From NCBI GenBank assembly GCA_035541475.1, contig DATKND010000025.1, positions 4,377 to 68,376 on the forward strand: a DNA stretch of 64,000 nt. Direction: 5' to 3'. How positions within the stretch are numbered: the first letter of the stretch is position 1; every line of letters begins with the position of its first letter. The DNA comes from Myxococcota bacterium. Lineage in GTDB: Bacteria; Myxococcota_A; UBA9160; SMWR01. The position numbers and the translations under genes are program-made. Shown one piece after another: positions 63,319-64,000 of the stretch. The notes below the pieces were generated by a model. It ran no database searches. It worked only from the letters and a program-made list of their open reading frames with translations, and was not told the DNA's origin.

Positions 63319-64000
63319 CTAGCGCCCCTGCTTGCGCAGCAGCGCGAGGCTGATCAGCAGATAGGCCGGGACGAACATCGCGATCGCGAGCATCTGTGGC
63401 AGGAGCTCGTGGAACGCGAGCCCCTTGGAGAAGGCGCCCCGGCACAGCGTGATGAAGTAGGAGGCGGGGAAGATCTGGCCGACGAAGGCGCCCGGGCCCT
63501 CGAGCGACGAGACCGGGCGGGTGAGGCCGGAGAACGAGATCGTCGGCACCATGGTGAGGATGGCGGCGGAGGCGACGGCGGCGACCTGCGTGTTCGTGAA
63601 GCTCGAGAACACGAGGCCCATCGCCGTGGTCGCCGCCACGTAGAGCAGCGCGCCGAGCGTGAGCCCGAGGAAGCTTCCCTTGACGGGCACGCCGAAGACG
63701 AAGGCGGCCAGCGCGACGAGCGAGAGGTAGCTCAGCATCGCGAGAGCCACGTAGGGGAGCTGCTTGCCGAGCAGGAACTCGAGGCGGGTCACCGGCGTGA
63801 CGTACAGGTTCGTGATCGAGCCGAGCTCCTTCTCGCGCACGACGCCGAGCGCGGTGAGCATGGCGGGTAGCATGACGAGCAAGAGCGGGATCACCGCCGG
63901 CACCATCGCGACGATGCTCGCGAAGCCCTGGTTGTAGCGGTAGCGGAGCTCGAGATCGGCGTACGTCGAATCCGTCGGCAGCTCCTTTTGGACACCTCGC
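63319..64000 (-). CDS. ABC-2 type transporter permease (YbhS-like), 5' end outside window
   Basis: The frame stays open to the window edge (...RYRYNQGFASIVAMVPAVIPLLL...). Multi-TM ABC-2 pattern. Paired with the downstream permease. Confidence 0.8.
   Translation of the reverse strand, partial: RGVQKELPTDSTYADLELRYRYNQGFASIVAMVPAVIPLLLVMLPAMLTALGVVREKELGSITNLYVTPVTRLEFLLGKQLPYVALAMLSYLSLVALAAFVFGVPVKGSFLGLTLGALLYVAATTAMGLVFSSFTNTQVAAVASAAILTMVPTISFSGLTRPVSSLEGPGAFVGQIFPASYFITLCRGAFSKGLAFHELLPQMLAIAMFVPAYLLISLALLRKQGR

Overview
64 kb of about 70% GC bacterial chromosome. PlsB, KdsA, a beta-barrel OMP, type IV pilus genes and a PEP-CTERM protein indicate a Gram-negative organism, possibly Myxococcota/deltaproteobacteria-like, though that taxonomic guess is weak. 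I support about 56 protein-coding genes. There are no intact rRNA or tRNA genes, no CRISPR array, and no transposase or integrase. Many track ORFs are Arg/Ala/Pro-rich off-frame artefacts of the GC content. Real starts are often internal to the listed ORFs, so I re-derived them from SD sites, signal peptides and stop/start overlaps.

Gene content, in order:
- A 7TM-transglutaminase / RimK-like ATP-grasp pair followed by a secreted metallopeptidase.
- A type IV pilus minor-pilin operon (GspH/FimT-like, pilV, pilW, pilX, pilY1) ending in a repeat-domain lipoprotein.
- A PEP-CTERM protein next to an ExeA-like ATPase.
- A beta-oxidation block (acyl-CoA synthetase, two enoyl-CoA hydratases, DECR-like SDR, acyl-CoA dehydrogenase, SCPx-type thiolase).
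- PlsB.
- gap-pgk.
- GlgX.
- An L,D-transpeptidase.
- ABC-2 permeases.

Most interesting observations:
1. An eight-gene cluster at 25.0-32.8 kb. It combines KdsA, two nucleotidyltransferases, a metallophosphoesterase, a CDP-alcohol phosphatidyltransferase, a DAG-kinase-like lipid kinase and a Tam41/Mmp37-like putative CDP-DAG synthase. It reads like an undescribed polar-lipid head-group pathway.
2. A 333-aa LAGLIDADG intein splitting the CxxxCxxC iron-sulfur motif of a PA0069/SplB-like radical SAM protein.
3. A family of GC-rich post-stop-codon intergenic repeats (5 copies).
4. A C9 homopolymer abutting the PEP-CTERM start codon.
5. A lower-GC decayed junction carrying a tRNA-Ser 3'-end-like fragment.
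6. A truncated and frameshifted alcohol dehydrogenase pseudogene ending in a three-frame stop repeat.

All functional calls come from reading motifs by eye. No database searches were run.
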